Assembly (NCBI GenBank): GCA_051294375.1
Contig: CM119269.1
Span: forward strand, 4,621,098 to 4,685,097
Length of the DNA stretch: 64,000 nt
Direction of reading: 5' to 3'
DNA from: Paraspadella gotoi
Lineage: Eukaryota > Animalia > Chaetognatha
This document shows positions 38,832-51,465 of this stretch, in pieces. Below the pieces are notes generated by a model. It was given only the letters and a program-made list of their open reading frames with translations, did no database searches and was not told where the DNA came from. Within the stretch, counting starts at the first letter, position 1. Every line of letters begins with the position of its first letter. A program made the position numbers and the translations under genes.

Positions 38832-41590
38832 CTATTTGACGCAAACGTGTATCGTCTGCTTGAGAAATCCCCGTCGCGCCTCGAACGGCTCCGTCTTGAA
38901 CCCCGCCCACTCGAACAACTCGACGGCGCGTTGGTTTCCCCAAGCGGCTCCCAGTCCCCAAGCGTCGGGTCCGCAGGCGAGCGAGACGGTCATGCAGTGG
39001 AAGAGAGAGATGGCGTAAGTGACGTCGGCGCCGGGAACGCCGATATTCTCTTCGAGTTTGGACGACATGTCGATGTCGAGGATGAGAGCAGCGCCGCCTA
39101 AATATGAGTTTGTTTGTTTGTTTGTTATTTTTGCTAATTTGTTTATTTTTTATTGATTTTCGCTTCAACTGCATTTAACACCCTTTTTGTTTCTTTCTTG
39201 TCGAATGACCTCATTTAAAACCACGGATCGATTTCCATATCCCTGATAAACTCCCCTCTAGCGGCTATCCCTTGTGCAATAGGGTGAAGTGAAAGTTTGG
39301 AATTGAAATTTAGCAGTTATATCTTGAAAACTATCATATTAGTGAATACTAATCTGTAGTTATTTTTCTTTTTTAAAAAATATAGTAGCCCAGTCAGCTT
39401 ATTTTGTATATAATACTACCCTTATATAATGTCAAAATTTCAAAATGTTTTTTTTTTATTCTGAGAACAGATTCAGATTCCTCGTTAAAAGTTGATAAAT
39501 GAAAATATAAATCTTTTTCAAAAATGATGTCATTAAGTAGGTTAAAATTACAAAAAACTATATTTAATATATAAAAAGTTAATTTCCAGCTTAAAATATA
39601 GCTTTTTCTAATTTTTGACCCACTTAATGAAGGAATTTTTCAAAAAGAGTTATATTTCCTTTCATCAACTTTTTATGACGAATCCAAATCTGCAAAAAAA
39701 ACTTTCAAAAAACTGTTTTGAAATTTTAACATTTATTGGTTTAGTACTAGTATAAATATGGCCTACTGCGTAAATTATAAAATTTATTCTAAATTTTTTT
39801 ATTACATAAATGTTTATTAGTATAGTGTTGTTCATTCCTCACTTTTAGAATTTTAATTAAAGTTAAATTTAGGAATTTTACTACGCCTTAGTGCCCACTA
39901 ATGTATAAAATTAAAAAATAAATTTACCAAAGTATTTTTAATGGTTTTTATGTTCATGTTTTATATGCTAAATTTTAATTTTCTAAAATTTTATCATTTT
40001 CACATCACTCTATTGTGCAATCTCCAAGACTCTTTCTATCTCTTTTCTGCCAACCTGTCTTCAAGACCCTGTGCAATTCTTCTATCGCCAGGTCGGGCCG
40101 CGGCAAATCGTGGATGACGTCGTAGATGACGATGGCGTCGAACTTCTCCGTCCACTCTGCGGGGAGGTTCCCGGCGTCTTGAACTTCGTAGGTCACGTTC
40201 GTTAGATTTTTTTCTTTTTTTAGTCTAAAAAAAATGTATAGAATATATATATATATAATATATAATTATATATAATATATTCTATTATTCAAATTAAGCA
40301 CTACATTGAGAACGAGAACGATCGGTTAAAAAAAAAATCGGGTATTCCTTTCTTAACGCGCCCGACTCACGGGTCAAAAAGAAATAGCTGACGATCAAAT
40401 TCATCTGTGACATATGCCGATCGTAAATAACTGTCGACATCTTATGACCTCATCCCAGCCCCACGTACGAGCTAATCCAGACAAGTTTAATAGTTACAAA
40501 CAAACAACATCTCCGACCCCCCAACCCACTTATTGGCGTTCTCAATCTCGGCCTTCCCGATATCCGACGCCCAGAATCTGCTGTTGGGGAACCGCTCGGC
40601 CAAGATGGCCGTCAGGATTCCCTCTGAGCAGCCGACTTCGCAGACGTCGATGCCCTCGTCAGACGCCGCCCGACGCCAGAGGTCGGGCGCGGAGGGAAGG
40701 AGCTGCTGCTCAACGAAACCGGGGAAAGTCGCGGAGGTAAGTTTGTGACGCCATTCGTGGAAACGGGGATACCTGATAGGGTAAAATATTAAGGATAGTT
40801 ATTATCAATAAATCATCAAAACAATCATCCAATTAAATAACCAATCAATCATTTCGACCTCGAATAGGGCACACCGAGCGGGCCGTCCTTCTTAAAGGCT
40901 TGAACGACGTCTTCGTAGGCTCCGGCGCAAATCGGCAGCAGCCAAGACTCCAGACCGAGATTTCCGCCGCCTCTGGAGCCGCGGCCAAAGGAGAGGCATT
41001 CCGCTTTGTCCTTGAACAATGAACAGTAAGGCGGGAAAATTAATTATAAAACGCTGAACATCGACAATCTTTTTTGCACGAAACTCAAGACATAAAAGAA
41101 AAGGAAATAATGTTTAATTAATAATTTATACTTATATAGTATTAGTTTTTTCCAGTTCTTCCAAATTTTTCCTCGAGTTTTTTTTTTCCAAGATTTGCTA
41201 AAGTTTTTCTTCGTAATTTTTTTTTTAAATTAACCTAATTTTCAATTAAGCCTAAGGCCGAAAGTTTTCTCTCAATTAAATTTAAAATGTATCCATCAAT
41301 CAATCACACAAAATGCTCTGAACCCACTCGTCATTTACCTCCGGAAGAAAGTATTTCCCGTCGTCGGCCACATCGACAAGTCCTCCAGTGACCACCGCGC
41401 CGAGCCATTCCCGCACGTAGCGCTCCTTCAGCCCCAACGCCTCCGCCACGTCGTTGCTGTCGAGCCCCTTCTCCTTGGAGCCTTTCTCCAGCGCGTCGAA
41501 CAACTCCAGTTGATTGCCGAGGGCGACGGCCAAGCCGAGAATGCCGTTGACGACCATCTTGCCCACGCGGTCTTGGAACTCTTGCGACAT
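38832..41590 (-). CDS. SAM-dependent methyltransferase 1, Rv2258c-like with N-terminal winged helix (exons 41339-41590, 40859-41010, 40530-40772, 40055-40224, 38832-39097)
   Basis: LKERYVREWLGAVVTGG, KKDGPLGVPYS, motif I VCEVGCSEG, FDAIVIYDVIHDLPRP, YAISLFHCMTVSL, GLGAAWG; complete ATG to stop with consistent phases. Confidence 0.92.
39275..40017. mobile_element. TIR-bounded element with a nested ~390-bp palindromic MITE (~39381-39772), in methyltransferase intron 4
   Basis: Outer ends TGCAATAGGGTGAAGTGAAAG versus rc CACAATAGAGTGATGTGAAAA (16/21). Inner arms ~39425-39567 and ~39590-39735 are reverse complements. Confidence 0.65.
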
Positions 41591-42073
41591 GGTTGTGGAT
41601 TGCGGGGGGGGGAAAGAGTATGAGCGAGTTTGTCGTGGGAAGGGGGAGACCGAGGTGTCGTCGGCGATTTAATTTCGATCTCTGATGAGTTCCTTTAGCG
41701 ATGGAGATAGTTTTGGTGATTTTGCCGATTTTGTCAACTAATTTTCATCGAATTTTAAAAAAGTGAAATATCCTCGTCGCAAATTTAGCGTTAATCGGAA
41801 CGTTTGAATTTATTTTAGCAGAAACAAAGGAGTGGGCGAAGCAAGCAACAGTTAATTTCGGAAACTTTTAGAATGCGTAAAGAAACAGTAAAACTATTTG
41901 ATTTTCGCATAAGCTAATTCTAAGGAGAAACTTTTTTACTTTTTCTCAATTCTCTTTTATATTTTTTTTTCTCTTCTTCTAAGGCTTCATTCTTGGCTGC
42001 ACACAATATTATAATGGAAAATTGAAAGATAAGAGTATCACTCGTACAATTAAATGTCTTATTGCCAACCCTT

Positions 42074-44144
42074 TCACTTCCTGCAGACGTACATGCAATG
42101 TTGCTCCATCCCTTTAGTCCCTTCAATGATCTGCGGCTCTTCGAACCCCGCCTCTTGGAAGAGCTGCTTGGCTCTTTGCCGACCCCACGCGGCGCCGAGA
42201 CCCCAAGCCTCGGGTCCGCAATCGAGGGAGACGGGCATACAATGGAAGAGTGAGAAGGTGTAGACAAAGGGCGCCGTGGAGTCGCCGATGTTGTCGTCAA
42301 TGCGAGAATTAAGGTTTATGTCGACGATGAAGGCGACTCCGCCTGAAGTAGCAGAAAATATAGAATTAAACAGGACAGCTGTACCACGAACTCGTGATCT
42401 TCGAACATCCGAGAAACAAACGACAACAACAACTCACTATCTTACTCCACACAAACATCCACAAACAACATCTAGTTAAAAAAAAGCTCAGTGTTTGTCA
42501 GTTAACTATCACCGACCAGAGTCTCTCTATCACTCTCTGTCTCAATTACTGACACTGAAATTCACGGACCGATTCATTGAACCTTAGAAAAACACTCGCT
42601 CTCTCTCTTTATTTACTAACGTAGTTTAAACGACAAATAAAAGAATAATTAACTGCCAACACAATTCTTTTTAAGCTCTTAGTCAAAACACCAACACCAG
42701 ACAAATAAAAACTTCTCTCCTTCTACCTTCCTTCACGACCCTGTACACTTCCTTGACGACGAGATCGGGTCGCGGGAGATCGTGGACGACGTCGAAGATG
42801 ACGACGACGTCAAACTTCTCCGTCCACTCGACGGGCAGCTTCGCAGCGTCGCGAACTTCGTAAGTCAGATTTGGAAGATTTCCCGCTTTTTTACGCCTGA
42901 GATCGAAACACTTTGATTCAAAAGTTACTGTATTAGATGAGTCATGAGAGATAAATGCATAAACTGTGTCATTTTTGGGCAAATGAACAAAAATTAAATT
43001 TAGCTATTAAATTTTAAATTAATTAAAATTGAAATTAAAATCGGGGGAAAAAAAACAAATTTAAATTCAGAAAATCAATTAAAAAAAAACAAATGGAAAT
43101 TAAGTTTATATTTTAAACTTTTTTGTGTTGAGTCAATTATCCGCAATAAATTTACATAATTTTTTAAATTTCGTAGTTACTAATTACTATTTTTTTTAAA
43201 CAAAATTTGATTGAAATACAATAAAAAAATTAAAAAACCATTTGAATCTCACTCGTTGGCTCTGTCAATCGCTTCCTTCGCTATGTCCGACGCCCAGAAC
43301 CGACTCTCGGGAAACTTCTCCGCTAAGAGTCTCGACAACGCCCCGTGCGAACACCCCAACTCGCAGACGTCCAGACCGGGCGGAGTGGAGGCCTTTGACC
43401 AGAGGGCGACGTCGGAAGTCGTCAGGAGTTCGTCGATGAAGTTGGGATAACTTGGCTCATTCGTGTGGCTGAGCCATTCGTGGAATAAGGGATATCTGTG
43501 GGGCGGGGGGGGGAAGAGAGAGAGAAAAAGAAAGAGGAAGAGAGAGAGAGACTTAATGGAATGAGAATTACTATGCGATAGTCACAAGGTGAAAGAGATA
43601 TCGATAAGAAGTGAAGTTATTTTTTTTTTAAAAACCTTTCAGAAAAAGAAAGGAGGAATTTTATTTGTGAAAACTCGCATCGCAGATGAATCAAGATTCG
43701 AGAAACAGGAATCGGATCAACGACTCTCCAGAATCAAAGTACAGATAATTGAATAATAAAGAAAACAGGTTTTCGAGTTTGATGAATCGGAGAAGCGTTG
43801 TTCTTCTGTTGGTAGAAAATTGCGAAGAGGACTGAGACTAAGTAAGAGTCTTAGTAAGAGTACTAAGACTAAGAGCACTCGAGACTTTACAACAGGCACT
43901 TGCTTTCAAAAAAATCTTAAATTTGGAATTAAATTAGTTTTTAGATTTAAAAATTAGCTGCTCTGAGTTGAATTTAAAATATTTTTTTTTATTTAAATAC
44001 ATACCTCGAGTAAGGCACCCCAAGTGGCCCGTCCTTCCGAAAGGCGCTGACGATGTCTTCGTAGGCACTGGCGAGGATCGGAAGCGACCACGTCATCATC
44101 CCCGTCGGATCTCCATGACCAAAGCTGAGGCATTTGGCTTTTTC
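42074..44144 (-). CDS. SAM-dependent methyltransferase 2, exons 2-5 (44005-44144, 43253-43495, 42727-42896, 42074-42342); no exon 1 upstream
   Basis: RKDGPLGVPYS, VCELGCSHG, FDVVVIFDVVHDLPRP, YTFSLFHCMPVSL, GLGAAWG; same intron positions as paralog 1. Confidence 0.9.
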
Positions 44145-44562
44145 CTATTTGTGGGAAAATAACGAAATGTAAAAATGCAGAGGTTATTGAATTAATATCT
44201 GTAATAGGTTGAAGAGACCCTCGATAGAATGTAAAATAGATACTGAGTACTGTATAGTGATTATCAGATTTAATAAATAATAATGATAAACAAAGCGAAT
44301 AATTTTTTTAACCAAAACAGATATGATAAACAATGTCATGATTGAATAATAAACGAACCAAGCGAATTGAACGAACGAAACAAAGGAAACCAATGAAATT
44401 AATAAACTAAAATTAAAACCAAATCGAAATAAATTGACACGAATAAAATTATAAATTACGGAACAGAAGCAACGAAATCCACTTTGCCACAAATGTATCA
44501 CATAGTCCATTATCCGATCACTAAATTAAGATAAAATATAATAGCTTTAACAAGAATCTCGC

Positions 44563-45464
44563 TTGATCGGCGACGCCGGCGATTTCGAGCGCGTCGGACT
44601 TGTAGGCGCGAGGTCCGAGGCCGATGGCGAAGACCTGGGCTCAATCAATCAATCCAAATGAAACAGTTTAGTCAATAAGATAAATCAACCTTTAAAGTTT
44701 AACTCATTCAAAGCAATCAATTGATCTTTCAAATCGCCAATCAAATCAAATCAAATCAACTCATCAATCAATACCTTCGCTCCCAAATCCGCCCATTTTT
44801 TGGACATGGCCTTTTCTTTGACCCTTTGCTGCTCGGAACTCGGAGCCCCGTCGATGAAAACCATGCAAACCTGTGACAAGAAAATGGTGAGAACTGTTTT
44901 TCACTCGGGAAAGTAAGTCTTATCGAGCCCTTACCCTCTGAGTCATCTTGTCCGATCTCATCCTTTTCTCGTAACTGGCCAAAGCCTTCTCCATGGCCGA
45001 GCCGGTCCAAGCGGGGCCTTCCTTGTACTTGGTCGCCTTGATCTTTTCTTTCAAGGATTCCTTAGTCATGTATCGAATTCTGGGATGAGAAAAGTGACAC
45101 TAAACTTGGGATTCGAATGGTTATCTTTTATCAATTTTTTTCAATACCTATCAAGATTGAATTCCTCCTTCAATTCGGCGGAGAACTTGAAGAGCGCCAC
45201 CCGAGTTTTGTCGATCCCGACGTCCAGCTTGTCAATCAGCTCGTCCGCGATGCTCTGTCACGATTGTCAATATAAGTCGGGATTTATCGTCATCATCATT
45301 ATCATTTGTTAATATTTTCGTTGGTCATATCTCAAGTTTATAAAACTTAAAAAGACACACTTTCATCATGGTCCGAAAATTATCTTGACCGATAGAGGAT
45401 GATGAGTCGACGATCAACTGGAGGTCGACTCTGGATGAAAGGGAGCAAAGATGGCCCGCTCTGC
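44563..45464 (-). CDS. von Willebrand factor A domain exons (45361-45464, 45148-45254, 44935-45079, 44775-44870, 44563-44634)
   Basis: DLQLIVDSSSSIG (MIDAS DxSxS), TRVALFKFS, WTGSAMEKA, VCMVFIDG, VFAIGLG; phases consistent. Missed by the ORF track. Confidence 0.88.
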
Positions 45465-46140
45465 CTGCAGAATCAAAGGGATGTAGCTTAAACATCACAC
45501 TAACAACTAATAATGTAAATAACTAGTGGTTAACGACTGAACTTACTCCCTGAAATGAGCAAAGACAAAAACGCGAGAATCCGCACGAAAATCATTTTTG
45601 AGATTCGAAAATTAGGACCACCTAAGATCGATACCAGGTTTTATACCTTGAAAACTATTTGTCTTTATTTTCGTCAACTGTCATATTGGATGACGCCGGA
45701 GTCGTTTTCCAGTAATTTTTTTTCTTTATTTTTTTTTTAAGAACTGAATAATAAAACTTTTATGTTCTAAATTTTAGAAATTAGCATATACAGGGATGTT
45801 CAGCTCTTTTGGGACTAACTTCAAGAGCTTATAGAACAAAAACAGTTTATGATAGACAAAAAAAATTATTTAGAAACTAAGCTAATTACTAATTTGATCG
45901 ATATTAAAAATATCCAGAAAATCTTGCGGCACCTCCTGTAATTGATGCTTTTTGCATAATATATTATTTTTTTTGCATCAATTCTTAAAAATTTTTTTAT
46001 AAATTTAAACAACTCTCTCCTTTCCCCACACTCACTCGCTCTCGGTTTGCAAAGCGATTCAAGAGCTCAGCGGCGGTGTCTCCCGCAGAAGCGAACGAGT
46101 CCACTCTACCCCCGCCATTTACATTGGCCATGCTCTTCAC

Positions 46141-47335
46141 CTGACAATCGTTGCTGCCAATAAATTCGAACTCCGTGGGCGACTGTTGCGCCCAATCGGA
46201 TGCGTGAGAGGAGAAAGCGAACGTCGTGACTGTTTTGGGGCTGCTGAATTTGTACCAGAGAGTCTTGGGCCACTGATCCGATGGGTTGCTTATCCAAGGG
46301 TAAGAGTTTTGTCCAAAGGCGTAAGTGGCCGCGTACCAGGAATAATGGCCGTCGTCGTAGGCCGAACCGCTAAATGTTACGGCAGTCGTTTCTGAATAAC
46401 GGGGGCAGTTGAAAGAAAATCTCTCCCTTTCTTTGACTCTTTTTCTCACTCAGTCTCGCTCTCTATCTTTTTCAAGCTAATGTAACTACTAACTTGTATA
46501 CTAAATTGTAAACGAATAAAAACAAACGAACCCGGGTCGTTTCGAAAAAAAAAAGTGAACAAAAGAGCAAGATGCGTAGCAAAGAGAAAAATTATAAAGC
46601 TAATTTTACCCACCGTACTCCTTCAAGCGCCACATCTTAAGATTCTGAATGGCGACGACGTCGCCGAGTTCCACCTTCTTCACTCTAACGCCGCAGCATT
46701 TGAAGTTGCGGAGATGCTCCTCGGGGATCTCCCACGTCATCTCTTCCGCGGCGCGTTTGAAGTGGGTCTTCACCGACATCATCGTCGTCCAAGTTTTGCA
46801 GTCGTCTGAACCGACGAATTCGAACTCGACCGGCCAGTGATCCTCGCAGCAGTCGATCGGGGTGGAGAACGAGAACCTTTGGTGGGGAAGGAGATCGGGG
46901 ATTAGGAAAGGAGATCGGGGATTAGGAAAGAGGATTGGGGATTAGAGGGGAAAGATTTCAGATTTCAGCAGTCGATCGGGGTGGAGAACGAGAACCTTTG
47001 GTGGGGAAGGAGATCGGGGATTAGGAAAGAAGATCGGGGATTAGGAAAGAAGATCGGGGATTAGGAAAGGAGATCGGGGATTGGAGGTAAAAGATTTTAG
47101 AGTGGGTAGCAGGGATGGAGAAGGCGCTCGGCATTTCTTGCTCACTTCTCCACGGAGACGGCGTGGTCGAACTTGAAGTAGACCGTTTGCGGCAAATCCA
47201 CGTTGAGGGAGTCGACCCAGGGAAAGTCTCCGACCTGCTGCTTGACGAAAGCGTGGGAGGCGGGGTGCTCCGCCAAGTGGGAGGTAGAGCCGGGGGTGCC
47301 GTGGGAAAAATCAGCCTGGATGAGGTCGATGTTGT
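46141..47335 (-). CDS. F5/8 type C / galactose-binding-like domain 1 and first half of domain 2 (exons 47146-47335, 46614-46876, 46141-46391)
   Basis: Repeated pattern A..AF...PW......P..(W/Y)(Y/F)KF......F.FS.......P.EF.F.GS.DC..W..., ending KMW. Fold assignment is inferred from the pattern. Confidence 0.75.
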
Positions 47336-47434
47336 CTTGGGCGGGTCAGGTTGGGAGAACGGGCAGAGAAGGTGAAGGGTGGGTGAATCATTTCGAAGGT
47401 AAGAAGCGCACTATACAGCATTAAGATTCACACG

Positions 47435-47470
<36 letters not shown>

Positions 47471-47473
<3 letters not shown>

Positions 47474-47910
47474 CTTCCCCGCCGTTTACATTTGCCTACC
47501 TTTCCAACTTCCCCGCCCTTTACTTTCGCCTACCTCGCCTGCTTCCCCCGCCCTTTACACTCGCCTACCTCGCCTGCTTCCCCCGCCCTTTATATTCGTC
47601 TACCTCGCAGCTTCCCCGCCCTTTATATTCGCCTACCTTCCCCCGCCCTTTACATTCGCCTACTTCGCCTGCTTCCCCGCCCTTTACATTCGCCTACTTC
47701 GCCTGCTTCCCCCGCCCTTTACATTCACCTACGTGCCTGCTTCCCCGCCTTTACATTTGCCTACCTTGCCAACTTCCCCTGCCCTTTACATTCGCCTACC
47801 TTGCTTGCTTCGCCCGCCCTTTACATTTGCCTACTTCGCCTGCTTCCCCCACCCTTTACATTCGCCTACCTCGCCTGCTTCCCCCCGCCCTTACTTCGCC
47901 TACTTCGCCT
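47471..47910. repeat. ~34-bp minisatellite CCCCGCCCTTTACATTCGCCTACCTCGCCTGCTT, about 12-13 units; short related copy at 59459-59525
   Basis: Units visible directly. Confidence 0.9.
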
Positions 47911-48204
47911 GTATCAAATGAATAGTTTAGCGGTCTAAACAACAACAATAACAACAACAACTTTACAACTCGATCACCAAAAAATTAATTATATCTTGGT
48001 TGTACCATTTTCATGAGAAATAAGATCTAATACGAAAAGTTTAATCATGTAATGAACATCGAAAAAATATAAATTTATAAATTTAAAATAGCCAACATAC
48101 AAGATGGAAGCAGTGAAAATGAAGCTTAAAAAAATAAAAATAAAATTCAAATAAACCAAAATAAAAGACAAAAGGACAACCAATTCGGTCGAGCATCTTC
48201 ACAC

Positions 48205-49438
48205 CTGAAAGATCTTATTGCCACAAAGCTCGCAGGCGTGAAGTACGAGTCGAACGGCGTTGGTCTTCAGCTCCGCATTGGAAGAAGGGGAACCGAAGAG
48301 GCAATCGAAGACGACTTGAACGAGCGCGGGAAAATATTCCGCCGATTGACGAGACTTGAGGAGAAAGGGAAACAGCTTCAGCCGCAGACGCGTCGAAGCC
48401 GCGGAACGCTTTTCCTCTTCGGTAAAGATCGTAGCGGATTGTTTCTTAGCAACGGCGTCGCCCAGAAATATATCGAACATCCGCACGACCGTCGACGGCC
48501 GGTTCCAATCCTTGACGGTGGCGCAACGCTGGAGGACAGTCTCGGCGGCGGCGGCGACAGCGAGGTGCTTGTCGCTCGACGCCACAACGAGATGCAGGAC
48601 GATTTCGTCATCGTCGAAAATCCCAAAATCTATGAAGCGGAGAACGCTGAGTTTGGCGATCTCCATCTGCTCCGGGCTCATAGGGTTCTCGCCGTTGATA
48701 CGCTGGAGGGAAACTCGGGACATTCCCGGCGGCGTAGCTCCTCCCGCGGCGGGAACGCAGGCATCGGAGTTTGAGGAAGACCCCGAAGTCGAGGAGTTGC
48801 CGTTGGGCAGGAGAAGAAGGTCAAACATCATTTCAAGGAGCAACTTCTTGGTCTCCGGACGATGTTCCAAACCGAGGGTAGCCTTTCGATCTTGCGAAGA
48901 CTGCGTCGCTTCGAACGGGATCGACCCCAGCAAAGGCAGCAGCAGAAGAATGATTCCCTCTTGATGTTGTTGTGGTTTATCCTCGATTATGCGAAGCAAT
49001 CTCGGCGCCATTCGGGCCCGTGACTGGAGGTCGAGTCGTTCCATTCCCATCTTGAGGTAGATGATGCAGAAGTTGTGGACTAAGCTGGAAGCCTCGGGGT
49101 CGGACATGTCCGCGTAGATCGGCAAAAGGGCATCCAGAGGTAGTTGAATGTTGGGGCTAAGAAGGCAAGATTCACAAGAAGGGTTAACGATGAAAGATAC
49201 TCGGATTTTTGAGGACCAAGACTATCGCATTCGCTCACCGAGTCTTTAGACGTTTGTTGATGTGGACGAGCATTTCCAGCACCTTTTTTCTCACGTTCTC
49301 ATCGAAGGTTTTGAGTTGAAGGAGAACCGCTGGGAGATACTTTTTAAGGGCTACCTCAAACTCTCCGTCTTCCTCCGCGGCGCTGAACTTCAGGAGAACC
49401 CGTTCCAGCATCTGACCAATGTCTAACCTATCCGCCAT
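48205..49438 (-). CDS. ECM29: Proteasome adaptor ECM29, N-terminal exons (49239-49438, 48205-49156)
   Basis: LERVLLKF...KYLPAVLLQL...VRKKVLEMLVHINKRLKTRPNIQLP...NFCIIYLKMGMERL...HLVVASSD: characteristic ECM29 N terminus. Confidence 0.92.
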
Positions 49439-50737
49439 CTTTACTACTTTTATTAATTTTCCGATTGATTTTAATTTTTGTACGAGTGTAAAAAAAAATA
49501 AAAATGTATTTACGAAAAACAAACTTTGCGAAACAAATATCTGACGACTGTAAGCTCAATTCATTTGGGTAGAAATGTTTTTTTGATGGATTAGGTAAGG
49601 CGTGAGATTTATCGCTACGTTTTAAAAACGTTTGTCCTATTGGCATTAGTAAACATCGTCGACATCTGGAGTCGAGTTGCAATAGAGGAGAAAAAACAAT
49701 TACAACTGCAAATAAATAATTTCATACATTGCCTTCATTTTTTTCTTTTTTAAATTAATTATTCAACGCTTTACTTAATTGTCGTTATGTATTATTTTAA
49801 TATATGTGGACTTCTTTGCATTTAGTCTAACTACGACTCCCTATCCTTTCTCTTTTCGTTTTTAGATTAAAAAAAAAAAAACTGTAAGGAAAGTGACTTT
49901 AAGTTTTTCTAATTGAATAATCCATCTCATGTTCTTAAAGTTTTTCTTTCATTTTCGAAGCATAATCTGGTAAATGGATGTGTCCGGAATTTAGGATTTA
50001 GTCCCAGGGATGAGGAGTAGAAATGGGGTACTTTCGGATCTCTTTAAAACGAGATCTACAAAACCGGTCTAAGTCTATAACTTGGGACTAATTTTTCGAA
50101 AGCGACTCGTTCAGAGAATTCAACTGTCGGCTACTGTATCCACAAAAAGATCATTTACTGTACTGGGTAATTTTATACTTATCTGCACTCAATATTTTAT
50201 TTTAAAAGCCATTAAATTTATAAAAAAAGTTAATGATAAAACTAAAATGTATATTAGTTAATCATTTAATACACTAGATTAATAAGTATGTAGGATATAT
50301 ATATATATTACGCGACAATAAACCTTATTCCATTTTCCTGCCTAAAAGTGAATATCAACTTTTCAAGTCAAAACCGAATAGGTTAATTGAAAAAAAAAGT
50401 AAGTTTACAAAAGTACACAATTACACAATGTACACATGTAAAGAAGTTGTGGCTACTGAAGAACAACACTTCGACCTTAGTTTTCGGATGGAATGTTTAT
50501 TCAAACTCAGCTCAGCTCTCGCTCGAACTACTTGATAAAAAAATTCAAGATCTCAGTTTCACAATCTCGGAACTAATTGAGTTTCGTCGTCCGCCCTTTT
50601 TTTGGCGTCCCGCCGAAAAAAAAAAAATCGAATGTCGGATCACTGTATTTCTAGTAATTAAATAAAAGAAATTTAAAAAAAAATTAACATATGTTGACTA
50701 CAAAAATGTATCTATTTTGATTCTAATAAAAAATGTA

Positions 50738-51086
50738 AGATTTTCCTGACATGAAAAAGATGGAAAAAAGGATTGACGGCGACTTCGTCTTGAAATCTGG
50801 AATTCCTTTGGCCGATCTGCTCATTCACGTGAGATAATTAAAATTACCCGTTGAGAGATTTTGAATTTTATTAAATACACATATAGACTCAATAATTAAA
50901 CTTATAATTATAAGTTATATGTCTTTATAGAATTATGATAACCTTCACATATTTTCTTTCAGAATTATTTTGAAGAAAAAAGTTTTGCCTGATTTAAATT
51001 TCACGGCGAAATGGATGTCAGTTCATGATCACGTCTTGGCAAATGAGAAAATCAAGAATTGGGTTGATTTCCATGAATATAATTAG
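50738..51086 (+). pseudogene. Partial GST paralog, last two exons only
   Basis: MKKMEKRIDGDFVLKSGIPLADLLIH and KKVLPDLNFTAKWMSVHDHVLANEKIKNWVDFHEYN* parallel exons 4-5 of the adjacent GST; no exons 1-3 seen upstream. Confidence 0.7.
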
Positions 51087-51465
51087 TATTTTTTAGTTTT
51101 ACATTTTTAAAAAGATCATTTTTGTATGTCTTTAGTCATTAAATTCATTTACTTAATTTTAAATTTTATTTCTTTTTGATATCAGTTACGTACCTTATTT
51201 TTTTCTATGCACCTTTCACTTTCTTAATACATTCTACTCAAAACTTTTTTAATAATGCTGCTCAATTCCCTTTTTAAACGTATTTGGTCCTCAACAGCAG
51301 TAAACCAAAATACAACAAATTTAAATTGTTTGCATTTTATAATCAAATTACCAATAAATTATATCTCTTTTACCCCTGTTCCAGTTGTTTACTTCAGCAA
51401 TAAAATTACTTTTTCTTAAAAAACATTAATCGGTAACTACCAAGCAATAGACGCGGATTACTACA

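Noticed and set aside
44145-44562. vWA-methyltransferase fusion gene
   Set aside because: Phase 0 to 0 is possible, but the missing methyltransferase exon 1 exists at 36962-37214, so a block junction explains the adjacency better.
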